Shown piece after piece: positions 56,198 to 64,000 of a stretch of 64,000 nt of DNA (the stretch's first letter is position 1; each line of letters opens with the position of its first letter). Position numbers and translations under genes: made by a program. The stretch covers positions 883,127 to 947,126 of the forward strand of contig MKVH01000024.1 in the NCBI GenBank assembly GCA_001899175.1, given 5' to 3'. Origin of the DNA: Candidatus Kapaibacterium thiocyanatum. GTDB taxonomy: Bacteria > Bacteroidota > Ignavibacteria > Kapaibacteriales > Kapaibacteriaceae. The notes under the pieces are model-generated. The model was not told the origin of the DNA, made no database searches, and saw nothing but the letters and a program-made list of their open reading frames with translations.

Positions 56198-57010
56198 TCA
56201 CCATTGAATGGTGATGGTCGGCTGGAGTTCGATGGTGACGGTGTGTTCGGGCAGTTTGCGGAGAGCCTTCTCGAAGTCGGATTGTCGAGCCATGGACTCG
56301 ATGCCTTCCAGCTCGTTCATCAGATTCCTGTTCTTGCGGAATGCCGCGATCAGTTTGTCCATGTTGACATCGTACATGGTGATCGTCGATCCGCTCACGT
56401 ACTTCGCGTTCGTCTTCTTGATGATCGGTTCGGACTGGACGTTGACGGTCATGCGCATGCCGCCGAGAAAGCTTTCCATCATGCCCAGAGCCATGTCCAG
56501 TTGTTCTTTCGACTGCTTCTTCTTTTTCTTGTCCTTGGCGTCGCTCTTCAGGTCCGGGACATTGGTGATGACGATCCTGTCCTTCGCATAGGAGAACGTC
56601 ATACCGGCCGTCGAGCCCGATTCTTCTTCTTCGATGACGCGCGTGGCGAGCATCTTCGCAAGGCGCGATTGGTCGATGCGAAGTGTGTTCACGTTGGCGA
56701 CGGTATACTCGGCAATCCATCCCTGATATTCTCCCTGGTCGACCAGACGCAGATTGGTCAATCTGGCATCGGGACCAAGTGTACCAGCGCTGGCCGTCGC
56801 AAGGCTGTCGATCGCCTTCCGTACCGAGTCCGACAGGAAGTCGGGTCGGTCCTCGGCCGTCGAGCCCTTCATCGACAGGAGGATCGAGTCCCGCACTATC
56901 GCCGTGCCATCGGATTTCAGGATGACAGTCGTCATCGTACGGAGACAGCCCGTCAGAAATGCCGATGCTGCGACGATCAGGGTGATGACGACGATGTGCG
57001 TACGTGACAT
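56198..57010 (-). CDS. Hypothetical lipoprotein
   Basis: Lipobox FLTGC, then V.LKSDGT, typical of LppM-like lipoproteins. Confidence 0.7.
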   Translation of the reverse strand: MSRTHIVVITLIVAASAFLTGCLRTMTTVILKSDGTAIVRDSILLSMKGSTAEDRPDFLSDSVRKAIDSLATASAGTLGPDARLTNLRLVDQGEYQGWIAEYTVANVNTLRIDQSRLAKMLATRVIEEEESGSTAGMTFSYAKDRIVITNVPDLKSDAKDKKKKKQSKEQLDMALGMMESFLGGMRMTVNVQSEPIIKKTNAKYVSGSTITMYDVNMDKLIAAFRKNRNLMNELEGIESMARQSDFEKALRKLPEHTVTIELQPTITIQW

Positions 57011-57033
57011 TGGGACTCCGGAAGGAAGAGGAT

Positions 57034-57753
57034 TCAAATATGGCGAAGATGTTCGGAAGCGGTAGCATGGATGGCTTCCGCAATGTCTTCCGGCGTGATG
57101 ATCCGGTCCGATGCTTCCGAAAGAGAGACCGACGAAGCCATGAGCGTTTCCGTAAGGCGCGCTCGCTCGTCCGCCGATGCACGGACGACATTGCCGATCA
57201 TCAGATGGCCGGGTCCCGTGAGGATGCTGCCGTGCTGGAGTATGACGTTGTCGATCACCCGCTGGGCGCTGCCGACGACCTTCCGGTTGCCATGGACGAT
57301 CTCCGTCCGGGCACTGCTCGTGAAGCAGGAAACGGCCAGGGCTCCGGACGTGGCATAGTGATGCTGCAGATCCGATGGAGCTTCTTCGAAGGACAGTCCC
57401 GGTACGAAGGGTTGCAGTGCCGACAGCAGCATGGTATGGATACCGGCATAGACCGCACGCGGCGTGCGGGTATCCGTGACCGGAATGGCGATGCAGTAGG
57501 TGAGTTCTTCGGCATGCAGGACGGCACGGCCGCCGGTGGGGCGTCGTACCAGGTCGAAACCGGAATTGACGAGGGCCTCCCGGTCGATCTGTTCGTCCTG
57601 CTGATGCTTGCCCAGGGATACCGTCCACGGCTCCCATGTATAGGTTCTGAAGGCGAGTGCGACGTCGCCGCGTCGGACCATATCGAGAAGATCCATGTCG
57701 CGTTCCATGTTGGCAGCGCCACTGCGGGATCCTTCCCAGGCGTTGAGCATCAT
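57034..57753 (-). CDS. Lipoate-protein ligase / octanoyltransferase family (LipM-like)
   Basis: NMERD, RTYTW, SLG, VRRPTGGRAVLH, RKVVGSAQ, LQHGSI. Confidence 0.9.
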   Translation of the reverse strand: MMLNAWEGSRSGAANMERDMDLLDMVRRGDVALAFRTYTWEPWTVSLGKHQQDEQIDREALVNSGFDLVRRPTGGRAVLHAEELTYCIAIPVTDTRTPRAVYAGIHTMLLSALQPFVPGLSFEEAPSDLQHHYATSGALAVSCFTSSARTEIVHGNRKVVGSAQRVIDNVILQHGSILTGPGHLMIGNVVRASADERARLTETLMASSVSLSEASDRIITPEDIAEAIHATASEHLRHI

Positions 57754-58961
57754 TGTACCGAGATACGCAGGAATTTGAGTTTACCGGCGCGCACGATGCG
57801 CGGTTCGGCGAAGTTCAGCACTGCGGCGATGTCTGCGATCTTCTCGCCATCGACCTTGACGCCGCCTTGCTGGATAAGACGACGCGCCTCGCCCTTGGAA
57901 GTTACAAGACCGGTCGCGACCATGACGTCGACGAGCGATTGGTCGGCAGGACCGTCGATGGTGCGTTCTTCGATGACGTCCGGAACATCCTTCTTGACGA
58001 AGATCCGCTCGAACTCGGCGAAGGCGGCATCGGCATCGCCCTGGCCATGATATCGTGCGACGATCCGCTTGGCGATATCGACCTTGGCATTACGCGGATG
58101 GACGGAACCATCGGCCAGGCCCTGCGTCGTACGCTGCACTTCATCGGCTGGTGCATAGCATGCGTACTGGAGGTAGCGGGGGATCAGCGTATCGGGAATG
58201 GACATGGTCTTGCCGAACATGTCCTTCGGCGAATCCGACAGGCCGATGTAGTTGTTCAGGGACTTGCTCATCTTCTCGACCCCGTCGGTGCCTTCGAGAA
58301 TGGGCATCGTCAGGATGCACTGCGGTTCCATCCCGGACGAGCGCATGATCTCACGTCCAACCAGCAGATTGAACTTCTGGTCCGTACCACCGATCTCGAT
58401 GTCGCTGCCGATGGCCACGGAATCGTAGGCCTGCGAGAGGGGATAGAGGAATTCATGGACGCTGATGGGCTCGCCGGCCCTGTATCGCTTCGTGAAGTCG
58501 TCACGTTCGAGCAGTTGTGCCACGGTATACTTGGCCGCCAGGGCGATGACGTCCTGGAAGGTCAGGGCGTTGAGCCATTCGCTGTTGTGGACCACCGACG
58601 TCTTCTCCATGTCCAGTACCTTCGATGCCTGGTCGACGTAGGTACGGCCATTCTCGCGGGTCTCCTCGAGGGTGAGGGCGGGGCGCGTCCTGGACTTTCC
58701 GGTGGGATCGCCGATCATCGCCGTGAAGTCGCCCACGATCAGTACGACGCGATGGCCGAGGTCCTGGAACTGGCGCAGCTTGTTGAGAACGACGGCATGG
58801 CCGATGTGGATGTCGGGGCGGCTCGGATCGAGTCCCAGTTTGATCGTCAGCGGCTTCCCTGTCGTGACGCTGCGTTCGAGCTTGCGGACGAGGTCTTCTT
58901 CGGGCAGGAGGTCCACCACGTTCTGGCGGATCACGTCGAGTTGTTCGGAGATTGTCAGCAT
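57750..58961 (-). CDS. tyrS: Tyrosine--tRNA ligase
   Basis: GLDPSRPDIHIGH, IGDPTGKS, EFLYPLSQAYD, GGTDQKFN, KMSKS, C-terminal S4 domain. Confidence 0.98.
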   Translation of the reverse strand: MLTISEQLDVIRQNVVDLLPEEDLVRKLERSVTTGKPLTIKLGLDPSRPDIHIGHAVVLNKLRQFQDLGHRVVLIVGDFTAMIGDPTGKSRTRPALTLEETRENGRTYVDQASKVLDMEKTSVVHNSEWLNALTFQDVIALAAKYTVAQLLERDDFTKRYRAGEPISVHEFLYPLSQAYDSVAIGSDIEIGGTDQKFNLLVGREIMRSSGMEPQCILTMPILEGTDGVEKMSKSLNNYIGLSDSPKDMFGKTMSIPDTLIPRYLQYACYAPADEVQRTTQGLADGSVHPRNAKVDIAKRIVARYHGQGDADAAFAEFERIFVKKDVPDVIEERTIDGPADQSLVDVMVATGLVTSKGEARRLIQQGGVKVDGEKIADIAAVLNFAEPRIVRAGKLKFLRISVQ

Positions 58962-58988
58962 GGCGATGTCGTCGTGATGGGATGGGGG

Positions 58989-59459
58989 CTAGTCGGTATC
59001 GCGGCGCATCGCGCGTTCCTGTTCGCGATCCTTGATCGATGCGCGCTTGTCGTACAGTTTCTTGCCTCGGACGAGACCGAGTTCGACCTTGATATACGGG
59101 CCGGAGAAATAGAGGGAGAGCGGAATGATGGTCAGACCCTTCTCTTCCACACCGGTACGCAGGCGCACGAGTTCGTGTTCGTGGAGGAGCAGCTTGCGCG
59201 GACGCGTAGGGATATGGTTCTCCCTGTTGCCGAAGTCGTACGGATTGATGTGCATGCCGACGAGCATCAGCTCGTCCGACGCCTTCGAAGGAAAGATGGC
59301 ATAGGCATCGACGAGGGATACCTTGCCTGCACGGAGGGATTTCACCTCGGTTCCGGTCAATACGATGCCGGCCTCGAACCGCTGGAGCACTTCATAGTCG
59401 TGCAGGGCCTTGCGGTTCTGGATGATGGAGCGGGTCGATCGTTCGTTGGGCGTTGCCAT
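58989..59459 (-). CDS. smpB: SsrA-binding protein
   Basis: NRKALHDY, EAGIVLTGTEVKSLR, RKLLLH, GKKLYDKR. Confidence 0.97.
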   Translation of the reverse strand: MATPNERSTRSIIQNRKALHDYEVLQRFEAGIVLTGTEVKSLRAGKVSLVDAYAIFPSKASDELMLVGMHINPYDFGNRENHIPTRPRKLLLHEHELVRLRTGVEEKGLTIIPLSLYFSGPYIKVELGLVRGKKLYDKRASIKDREQERAMRRDTD

Positions 59460-59488
59460 AAAAAGAGAACCCCGCACTGGAGCGGGGC
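59460..59488 (-). terminator. Terminator-like hairpin after tRNA-Ser, abutting the smpB start codon
   Basis: On the - strand GCCCCGC-TCCAGT-GCGGGGT-TCTCTTTTT-ATG. Confidence 0.7.
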
Positions 59489-59496
59489 AATGGATG

Positions 59497-59587
59497 CGGA
59501 GAGGGAGGGATTCGAACCCTCGATAGCGGTCTTAACCACTATGACGGTTTAGCAAACCGTTGCCTTCAGCCACTCGGCCACCTCTCC
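59497..59587 (-). tRNA. tRNA-Ser (anticodon GCT), CCA not encoded
   Basis: GGAGAGG/CCTCTCC acceptor stem, D-arm GCCGAGTGGCTGAAGGC, anticodon arm ACGGT-TTGCTAA-ACCGT, long variable arm, GGTTCGAATCC T-arm. Promoter TATCTTTG at 59600-59607. Confidence 0.97.
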
Positions 59588-59635
59588 GTTAAGGAGCGAC
59601 AAAGATAATGAAATTCATCGATTCGGGAAGAACGA

Positions 59636-59673
59636 AGACGGGATGCACGGTTTTTACTCCGTGCATCCCGTCT
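59636..59673 (-). terminator. Perfect 15-bp hairpin terminator
   Basis: AGACGGGATGCACGG-N8-CCGTGCATCCCGTCT. Confidence 0.75.
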
Positions 59674-59694
59674 GTCGTGCGTCGAGGCGCGCGA

Positions 59695-60276
59695 TCATTC
59701 TGCGAAGGACGTACCCGGAAGGTCGAGTGCCACCTGCTGATGGGCAGGTACGGCAAGGGCGGATCCGGCGCCGGACCGTACCATGTCGCTATTCGAGATG
59801 ACTTCCGTGATGGCGGAGACATGTTCCAGTGTGGTTTCGCCCTGGTCGGCTGCGACCTTGACGTCACCGTAGACGCCGTTGACGAAGACGTTGCCGTTAC
59901 CTGAGAAGATCTCCAGGTGGGTCGAGGCCGGAACGTAGAGCGTGTGCGTGATGCCCTTGCCGTCCAGCGGCTTCGAAGGATCGATCTGCTTTGCATGGAA
60001 GAGGATCGTGTTGCCGTCCTGCGTCGTGGTACGTTCGAGCGTGTATTCACCGCCCCTGGATTCGATGGCGACCTTGTCGAACATCCACGTGACGACGCGG
60101 ACATCACCGGCATCGGCATCGATCTTGACATTGGCGCCGTTGGATACGACCATCGTGGTCCGGACGGGGTGCAGGGGAACTTCCGAATTGTCGGCGGCAC
60201 GAACATCGCTCTGCGTCACGGCGAACATGGCGAGTGTGAGGGCCGCACCAGCGAGCAGGTTCTTGATTGATTTCAT
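59695..60276 (-). CDS. Secreted DUF4097/adhesin-like beta-solenoid protein
   Basis: Signal peptide, IDADAGDVRV, LYVP, SGNGNVFVNGVYGDVKV repeats. Confidence 0.65.
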   Translation of the reverse strand: MKSIKNLLAGAALTLAMFAVTQSDVRAADNSEVPLHPVRTTMVVSNGANVKIDADAGDVRVVTWMFDKVAIESRGGEYTLERTTTQDGNTILFHAKQIDPSKPLDGKGITHTLYVPASTHLEIFSGNGNVFVNGVYGDVKVAADQGETTLEHVSAITEVISNSDMVRSGAGSALAVPAHQQVALDLPGTSFAE

Positions 60277-60320
60277 GGCGACTTCCGAAATGATATGATC
60301 GTGAAATGTACGGGAGTGTG

Positions 60321-60346
60321 TACGCCGGCCTCCGGGGAAGGTTACA
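60321..60346 (-). promoter_or_regulatory. ECF sigma-type promoter
   Basis: TGTAAC-N16-CGTA on the - strand upstream of the DUF4097-like gene. Confidence 0.6.
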
Positions 60347-60376
60347 GGCGATCTTCCTTTCGTATTTTTCGCTGCG

Positions 60377-62998
60377 ATGAAAGACAAAGAAACGCCGCTG
60401 ATGCGGCAATACGGTCAGATCAAGACCCGATATCCCGATACGATCCTGCTGTTCCGCCTCGGTGATTTCTACGAAACGTTCGGTGACGACGCCGTCCTCA
60501 CGGCCCGTGCCTGCGGAATCACACTGACGAAGAGGAACAACGGTTCGGCAGGCGAGATTCCTCTGGCAGGATTCCCGTATCACCAGCTCGACTCCTATCT
60601 CCCGAAGCTCGTGCGGGCAGGCCATCGTGTGGCAGTCTGCGAACAGCTCGAGGACCCGAAACAGGCACGCGGCATCGTACGACGCGACGTCGTGGAAGTC
60701 GTCACGCCCGGCGTGGTGCTCTATGACAAACTGCTCGACAACAACAGTCATACGATCCTTGCATGCATCACGGGGCCGACGAAGGCCAGCCCGTCCATCT
60801 GCGGCCTCGCCTTCGCCGACGTGTCGACGGGCCTGTTTTCCGCTGGCGACATCCCCGTCGATCGCATCGCCAGCGTCCTCGAATCACTGACGCCGGCCGA
60901 GCTCATCGTGAACAAGGACGAGAAGGAATGGTGGCAACCCCTCGTCGACGCTCTGCCGGCTACGCCATCGCTCACCAGACTCGATACCTGGCATTTCGAT
61001 GCCGAGTTCACACGCAATGCCTTGTTGCGTCACTTCAACACCGCGTCGCTGAAGGGATTCGGTACGGATGAACTCGTTCACGGCCTGACGGCCGCGGGTG
61101 TCGTCCTGCACTACGTCGGTGAAACGCAGAAGACATCGCTGACGCAGATCACGAGTATGAACGTCCATCATGCCGATGGCTTCATGATCCTCGATGCGGC
61201 TACGCGCAGGAATCTCGAAATCCATGCGTCGATGCATGGTGACGGACGTCAGGGGTCGTTGATAACGTTGCTCGATCATACGTGCACGCCGATGGGCGGG
61301 CGCCTGCTTCGCGGCTGGCTGCAATCGCCTCTCGTGTCGATGGAGGCGATACGCCGACGCCTGAACGTCGTCCGTGGCTTCGTCCTCGAACCATCCATCG
61401 CCGAAGATGTACGCACGAATCTGCGTGGCATGGGCGATATCGAGAGATTGCTGACCAAGGTCATGATGAACAGGGCGACGTCCCGCGATCTCGTGGCTCT
61501 TCGCTCGGGTCTCGAACGCCTGCCGATGATTCGGGAGGCGTTGCGGCGCAGTGCGACGGATGCCGTAGCCCGTATAGGCGATGCCGTCGACGATCACACG
61601 GAGGTGACGGCGCTCCTGCGACGTGCGCTGTCCGACGAACCGCCGCTCCAGGTGGGAACGGGCATGATCTTCCGCCAGGGATATCATGCAGGGATCGACG
61701 AAATGCGTTCGGCACTGACGAACGGCAAGGAGTGGATCTCCGACTACCAGGAGGCCGAACGACAGTCCACCGGCATCACGTCACTGAAGGTGGCGATGAC
61801 GGGTGTCTTCGGGTACTACATCGAAGTGACGAATACGCACAAGGCCCGCGTTCCCGAACATTACGAACGCAGGCAGACGCTGGCCAACGCCGAGCGGTTC
61901 ACGACGCCGCACCTGCGTGACCTCGAACAGAAGCTCCTCCATGCCGAGTCCCATCTGTCCACCATGGAAGCGCAGGCGATCGAGGAACTGCGTGCCGAAC
62001 TTTCGGTGCATGGTGCCGCCATCCAGAAGACGGCACGAGCGATCGCGACCATCGACTGTCTGGCCGGGTTCGCGGACGTCGCACGGAGTCATGAATACTG
62101 CGAACCGGATATCCATGACGGCACGGAGCTCGTCATCGAGGATGCCCGCCATCCCGTGATCGAACGGCTGCTGCCGCCGGGCGAGCGCTACGTCTCCAAT
62201 TCGATACGGCTCGATACAGAACAGCAGCAGATCCAGATCATCACCGGCCCCAACATGTCCGGTAAGTCGAGCTACCTGCGTCAGGCAGGATTGATCGTCT
62301 TCCTGGCTCACGTAGGATGCTACGTTCCGGCAACGTCGGCACGGATACCGCTGACGGATCGCATCTTCACCCGCGTAGGAGCACAGGACAACATTCTCGC
62401 CGGTGAGAGTACCTTCCTCGTCGAGATGCAGGAGTCGGCCAACATCCTCAACAACGCCACGGCGCGGAGTCTCATCCTGCTGGATGAAGTCGGACGGGGG
62501 ACGGCGACGTTCGATGGTATCAGCATTGCCTGGGCCATCGCCGAGTATCTGCACGAGGTGACGGGGGCGAAGACGCTGTTCGCCACGCACTACCATGAAT
62601 TGACGGCGCTGGCCGATCAATTCCCGCGGATACACAACCATCAGGTGGAAGTGCGCGAAGTTGGCGATTCGATCGTCTTTACCCACCGCGTCATTCCCGG
62701 GCACAGCGATCATTCCTTCGGTATCCACGTCGCACGCATGGCAGGTCTTCCTCCTGCGGTGATAGGTACGGCACGGGCCGTACTGGATCAACTGGAACAG
62801 GGGCATCATGGGCCGGTCGACGGTGGACGTGCTGCCGCCGTGGAACGGATCCGGCTGGAAGAAGCCGGGCAGTTATCGATGTTCGAGGTTCGTGACGATG
62901 CGCTGCGCCGCAAGGTGCAGGAACTCGATCTTGACAATATGACTCCGATGCAGGCGCTCAAGGCGCTGTCGGACCTGAAAGGCTCCCTCGATGGATGA
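60377..62998 (+). CDS. mutS: DNA mismatch repair protein MutS
   Basis: TPLMRQY, LFRLGDFYE, TGPNMSGKS, IFTRVGA, STFLVEM, LDEVGRGT, FATHYHEL. Confidence 0.98.
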   Translation: MKDKETPLMRQYGQIKTRYPDTILLFRLGDFYETFGDDAVLTARACGITLTKRNNGSAGEIPLAGFPYHQLDSYLPKLVRAGHRVAVCEQLEDPKQARGIVRRDVVEVVTPGVVLYDKLLDNNSHTILACITGPTKASPSICGLAFADVSTGLFSAGDIPVDRIASVLESLTPAELIVNKDEKEWWQPLVDALPATPSLTRLDTWHFDAEFTRNALLRHFNTASLKGFGTDELVHGLTAAGVVLHYVGETQKTSLTQITSMNVHHADGFMILDAATRRNLEIHASMHGDGRQGSLITLLDHTCTPMGGRLLRGWLQSPLVSMEAIRRRLNVVRGFVLEPSIAEDVRTNLRGMGDIERLLTKVMMNRATSRDLVALRSGLERLPMIREALRRSATDAVARIGDAVDDHTEVTALLRRALSDEPPLQVGTGMIFRQGYHAGIDEMRSALTNGKEWISDYQEAERQSTGITSLKVAMTGVFGYYIEVTNTHKARVPEHYERRQTLANAERFTTPHLRDLEQKLLHAESHLSTMEAQAIEELRAELSVHGAAIQKTARAIATIDCLAGFADVARSHEYCEPDIHDGTELVIEDARHPVIERLLPPGERYVSNSIRLDTEQQQIQIITGPNMSGKSSYLRQAGLIVFLAHVGCYVPATSARIPLTDRIFTRVGAQDNILAGESTFLVEMQESANILNNATARSLILLDEVGRGTATFDGISIAWAIAEYLHEVTGAKTLFATHYHELTALADQFPRIHNHQVEVREVGDSIVFTHRVIPGHSDHSFGIHVARMAGLPPAVIGTARAVLDQLEQGHHGPVDGGRAAAVERIRLEEAGQLSMFEVRDDALRRKVQELDLDNMTPMQALKALSDLKGSLDG

Positions 62999-63881
62999 AA
63001 TCAAACGAAAATGGACGGAACGGGACAGGGTCGTTCGTGCGATCACGAAGGATGGCATGTTCCGCGCGGCATGTATCCGCAGTACCGAACTCTCACGCGC
63101 TGCGCAGGATAGACATCACTACGAGCCGTTGCGCGCCCTGATGCTGGCACGTGCTGCGACCGGTGCCGGACTGATGGCATCGTTCCTCAATGGGGAAGAG
63201 CGCGTCGTGATCCAGCTCGAAGGCGATGGTCCCGTCGCCAGTATCTATGCCGAAGCACTGCAAGTTGGAGAGGTGCGGGGGTATGCCACGCTCAACTCGA
63301 AGCCCGCGGAACAGAGCACGTCGGCGCTCGGCAACGGCATCATGAAGGTCTCTCGTATCCTCTACGGCAAATACGAGCCCGTGACCGGTATCGTCGAGTT
63401 ACGTCGGGGCGACGTCACGTCGGACCTCGGCTACTATCTCACGCAGTCGGAACAGATTCCATCCGCCTTCGTCCTGGACGTGAGTTTCGATGAAGAGGAT
63501 CACATCAAGCAGGCCGCTGGGCTGCTCATCCAGGCCATGCCCGGTGCACGACCGGAGGACATTTTCCGCGCCTACGATACGATCGACTATCTGGGACGTC
63601 TCACGCAGTTCCTCGACGACGGCTATACGCCGGAGGACATCCTGCGCCAGGTCATGCCCACGGATATCGACATCCTCGCATCGACGCCGGTGGACTTCTT
63701 CTGCCGCTGTTCGATCGACAGGTTCAAGGGAATGTTGCTGACACTCGGTTACGACGAGGTGGCCGGTATGGAAGCGGACGGACAGAACGAGCTCGTGTGC
63801 CAGTATTGTAATGCACACTATTATCTGTCCGAGCAGGATTTCAAGGATATGAAGGAAGAACTCGTCGTACGCCGCAACTAG
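62991..63881 (+). CDS. hslO: Hsp33 redox-regulated chaperone
   Basis: [28 protein letters not shown]...CQYC zinc motif. Confidence 0.95.
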   Translation: MDEIKRKWTERDRVVRAITKDGMFRAACIRSTELSRAAQDRHHYEPLRALMLARAATGAGLMASFLNGEERVVIQLEGDGPVASIYAEALQVGEVRGYATLNSKPAEQSTSALGNGIMKVSRILYGKYEPVTGIVELRRGDVTSDLGYYLTQSEQIPSAFVLDVSFDEEDHIKQAAGLLIQAMPGARPEDIFRAYDTIDYLGRLTQFLDDGYTPEDILRQVMPTDIDILASTPVDFFCRCSIDRFKGMLLTLGYDEVAGMEADGQNELVCQYCNAHYYLSEQDFKDMKEELVVRRN

Positions 63882-64000
63882 GCATCGGTCATGAGGGACG
63901 TGATGGCACTGACCAGGACGATGTCGTCGGCAGTGCATCCGCGCGACAGGTCGCAGTACGGTTTGCGCAGTCCCTGGACGATCGGTCCCAGTGCGATCAT
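63878..64000 (-). CDS. pta: Phosphate acetyltransferase, C-terminal fragment (runs off the window end)
   Basis: Translated by hand: [40 protein letters not shown]. GPxxQG and DLSRG are Pta signatures. Confidence 0.85.
   Translation of the reverse strand: MIALGPIVQGLRKPYCDLSRGCTADDIVLVSAITSLMTDA

Noticed and set aside
59400-60300. Integrative element at tRNA-Ser
   Set aside because: No integrase and no duplicated tRNA 3' end; smpB follows immediately.

Overview
GC-rich (~60%) bacterial chromosomal segment made mostly of housekeeping genes. The TAnnTTTG-type promoters, the ileS-dksA-lspA order, the fused ccoNO and T9SS-like C-terminal domains point to the Bacteroidota/Chlorobiota/Ignavibacteriota (FCB) group, possibly Ca. 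Kapabacteria (inference). Genes in order: holA (partial), oppBC-like permeases, murI, an orphan histidine kinase, ileS, a histone-H1-like ORF plus a DksA/TraR ORF, lspA, rluD, mtgA, lrp-glnA (GSIII), a three-gene secreted-protein cassette, topA, fur, speA, an OmpA/PD40 protein, an rqcH/NFACT-HEAT-TPR-ribD-lipoprotein-PNP block, yicC-gmk, a fused 2-oxoacid dehydrogenase E1, Rrf2 with a complete cbb3 oxidase cluster, cytochrome c, split E1 alpha/beta, four glycosyltransferases, aspS, a DUF1460 amidase, a lipoate ligase, tyrS, smpB, tRNA-Ser(GCT), a DUF4097-like protein, mutS, hslO and pta (partial). No CRISPR array, rRNA, integrase or transposase was seen. The top candidate for a new system is a slippery A10 run (8337-8346) followed by a stem-loop. 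A -1 shift there would join a 79-aa histone-H1-like protein to a DksA/TraR domain, so one locus could give two products. The second candidate is a cassette at 14656-17197 encoding a 19-Cys secreted protein, a nearly stand-alone T9SS-CTD protein and an Asp-box propeller. All product calls come from motif recognition by eye; no database search was run.
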